Shown piece after piece: positions 62,049 to 64,000 of a stretch of 64,000 nt of DNA (its first letter is position 1; every line of letters starts with the position of its first letter). The stretch is from positions 576,001-640,000 of the forward strand of contig CAVTUQ010000002.1 of the NCBI GenBank assembly GCA_963737905.1. The letters run 5' to 3'. Source of the DNA: an uncultured delta proteobacterium (GTDB lineage Bacteria > Desulfobacterota > Binatia > UBA9968). Under the pieces are notes generated by a model that was not told where the DNA came from, did not search any database, and worked only from the letters and a program-made list of their open reading frames with translations. The position numbers and the translations under genes are program-made.

Positions 62049-62466
62049 ATGGGATTTTATGCGGATTCATGGTTGCGCGAGGCTCGCGACAAGGTAGGTG
62101 CTTATCCAGAGCAACCAGGCGGAGGAAATTATTGGAGCACAACGGACTTTCAAAAGATTTCGGAGGCAATTGAGAAAGCGATCAAGGCTGCTTTAGTCGA
62201 GTGCCACGGCAGCATCCCACGGCAACACGACCACAATAAACTTGTGTCCCTCTGCCAGACAACGGGTGTCTGGGATGTTCTTCCGCCAGCGCTAAAAATT
62301 TTGGTGGAAGAAATAGAATCCTACCGCACAGCAAATTTCCGATGCCCCTACATCGTCCCCTGAACAACTTCAAAGATACTTTGTCATTGCACGCCGGCTG
62401 ATCGACTACATGGAATATCACGTTATCGGAAACGACTCTGTTCTGAGACGTCTTAAAGTCGCTTAG
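62049..62466 (+). CDS. HEPN-domain protein (frameshift near 62340)
   Basis: WLREA..., EAIEKAIKAAL, IPRQHDH. An alternative frame supplies a terminal helix ending VLRRLKVA*. GGGAGG RBS. Confidence 0.6.
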
Positions 62467-62482
62467 AGGATGTCGCGGCTGG

Positions 62483-62501
62483 GCCTAACAATCCGCTTCG
62501 A
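62483..62501 (+). other. Left half of an attC-like site
   Basis: GCCTAACAATCCGCTTCGA, nearly identical to the left arm of the 4230-4287 site and 16 bp after the HEPN stop. Confidence 0.5.
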
Positions 62502-62928
62502 AACCTGAAGTCGCCCCTTTATAGACCAGTCAACAGAAGAACTATCGCCGCAGCTAGACCCGTAGCGCACAGCACTCCGATGCCGGCCATGACAAAGGTC
62601 TCTCGGGTGGGATTTATCCTAGGAGGTGGAACGTCAGGGATCAGTATTTTTCGTGATTTGAAAAGACGTCCCATGGACCATTCCGCAGAGCATCTTTTGT
62701 ACCAGCCCACGAAGCGTCCATAGGATGACCCAAAATGACCATTATTTTGGAGTTTTTGGCGAGGACCAGGCTAAAAGACCGGGAACCTGCCATGGTTAGA
62801 AAGGTCGGTTTTCTAGGCGGAGTTTGCCAGCATGACATTTTCGCCTTCCATGCTGGCGGAGGTGAACCGCGGAACTTTAGATCCAGCTCAATATTTGAGG
62901 GGATGGAAAGGTAAGTCTCTTTTCCTCG

Positions 62929-63360
62929 CTATTGTTTTTTTTCCGTCTCTGTGCGGACGTCGGCGGACTTGATCCACCCGACGAGACCCTTCGGAGTCTT
63001 CACCATATACCACTCATTTCCACCGTTACTCTGGCCCAATGGGATGAGCGTATCTCCCTGGGATAGTTCGGCTATTTTCTCTGCCTCATCGTCTTGCCGC
63101 GGATAAAGCCCAGCCTGTCTAGACGCAACGACCAACGCCGACGGAACGGGGCGCCCCCCTGCGTCTCCGATTCCCTCGACAACCCCTTTACCTTTATTAT
63201 TCTGAGACAATGCCCTCGAAGCTTTCTGATTGACGTCGCCTTGTCTCTGGCCAACACCTCCGACGGTTCTGCCGTATTCACCGATGGCTTGAGCCAGGAG
63301 TTGACCCGGAGCCAAAAATCCCAGGAGTAGCCCGACCATTAGTGCTTTTATGGTTTGCAT
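62929..63360 (-). CDS. Exported SH3-domain protein
   Basis: Signal peptide, then IAELSQGD...EWYMVKTPKGLVGWIKS. Confidence 0.8.
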   Translation of the reverse strand: MQTIKALMVGLLLGFLAPGQLLAQAIGEYGRTVGGVGQRQGDVNQKASRALSQNNKGKGVVEGIGDAGGRPVPSALVVASRQAGLYPRQDDEAEKIAELSQGDTLIPLGQSNGGNEWYMVKTPKGLVGWIKSADVRTETEKKQ

Positions 63361-63645
63361 AGCGAGACCCCTTTCCAGAAAGAAAACGAGGCGAAAGGAT
63401 ACTATGTTACTGGTCTTGCGACAAGGAAGACAAAACCCTTTTCGACGCAAAAACCGGACGGCCAGCAGATAAGCCGCCGAATATAGGTGACCGGTGCAAA
63501 AGCCCCGTCGTCCTTTTGAAGCCCGAGTTTACATTTAGGCGGGAGAGATTTGTCAATCCCGATCCCTTTGGAGAACTTTCGGAAGAAGCATCGCCATTGT
63601 CTTATTTGCTGGCCGAATAGCGAGGCAATGGCCGGTTACCATATC

Positions 63646-64000
63646 TCACCCGACAGAGACGCTGTTAGCCGCAGGCTCATCCGATTGAGATGAGGGTTCC
63701 AACTCTTGAACAGTTTTCTTACGCTTATGAAAAGCGAGAAAGGCAGTCACTCCAGTGAGCGCGACAAGAGTAATTGCAGAAATTGCAAGACCAACTGTAA
63801 ATGACCTCGGCTCATAGCGAAACTCCACGGTGTGGTTGCCAGCAGGCAATGGGACAGCGCGAAAGAATAGGTTCGCTCTTCGGATAACTTCCTCTCGACC
63901 GTCCACGAAAGCCCTCCAACCAGGATAATACGAATCGCCAAGAACTAAGATTCCCTCGTTATCAGCCGACGTCGTTATCCTAACGCGTGAATTCTCATAC
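63646..64000 (-). CDS. YfhO-family membrane protein, C-terminal part (runs off window)
   Basis: GILVLGDSYYPGWRAFVDG..RANLFFRAVPLPAGNHTVEFRYEP plus a final TM. Confidence 0.85.
   Translation of the reverse strand, partial: YENSRVRITTSADNEGILVLGDSYYPGWRAFVDGREEVIRRANLFFRAVPLPAGNHTVEFRYEPRSFTVGLAISAITLVALTGVTAFLAFHKRKKTVQELEPSSQSDEPAANSVSVG

Overview
A GC-rich bacterial window with no rRNA, tRNA or CRISPR array that I can see. Gene content and repeat style suggest Candidatus Binatia or a related deltaproteobacterial soil lineage (inference only). Layout: (1) 1-14 kb holds aromatic and amide catabolism genes (amidohydrolases, Rieske oxygenase, Gfo/Idh/MocA dehydrogenase, LLM monooxygenase). They are interrupted by a ~6.5 kb mobile patch bounded by ~170-bp direct repeats. 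The patch holds two IS91-type transposase remnants, a complete IS3, a PD-(D/E)xK-like gene and a HEPN+Zn-ribbon gene whose stop codon sits inside a 58-bp attC-like site, with no integrase in the window; a MITE lies just outside it. (2) 14-51 kb is a large, partly decayed stress/ion-homeostasis island (ackA, USPs, cation-chloride cotransporter, ClC, PPK2, P3A H+-ATPase, Na+/H+ antiporter, ZIP, archease-RtcB-slipin, sigma70, nadE) with many short gene remnants, an orphan Cap12-like TIR gene and an IS4. (3) 51-64 kb holds exported proteins, a LysR gene bracketed by an inverted duplicate promoter, tctCBA plus a NahE-like aldolase, and a second HEPN gene followed by a half attC. Many single-base frameshifts may be sequencing errors. 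All family calls come from motif recognition; no searches were run.
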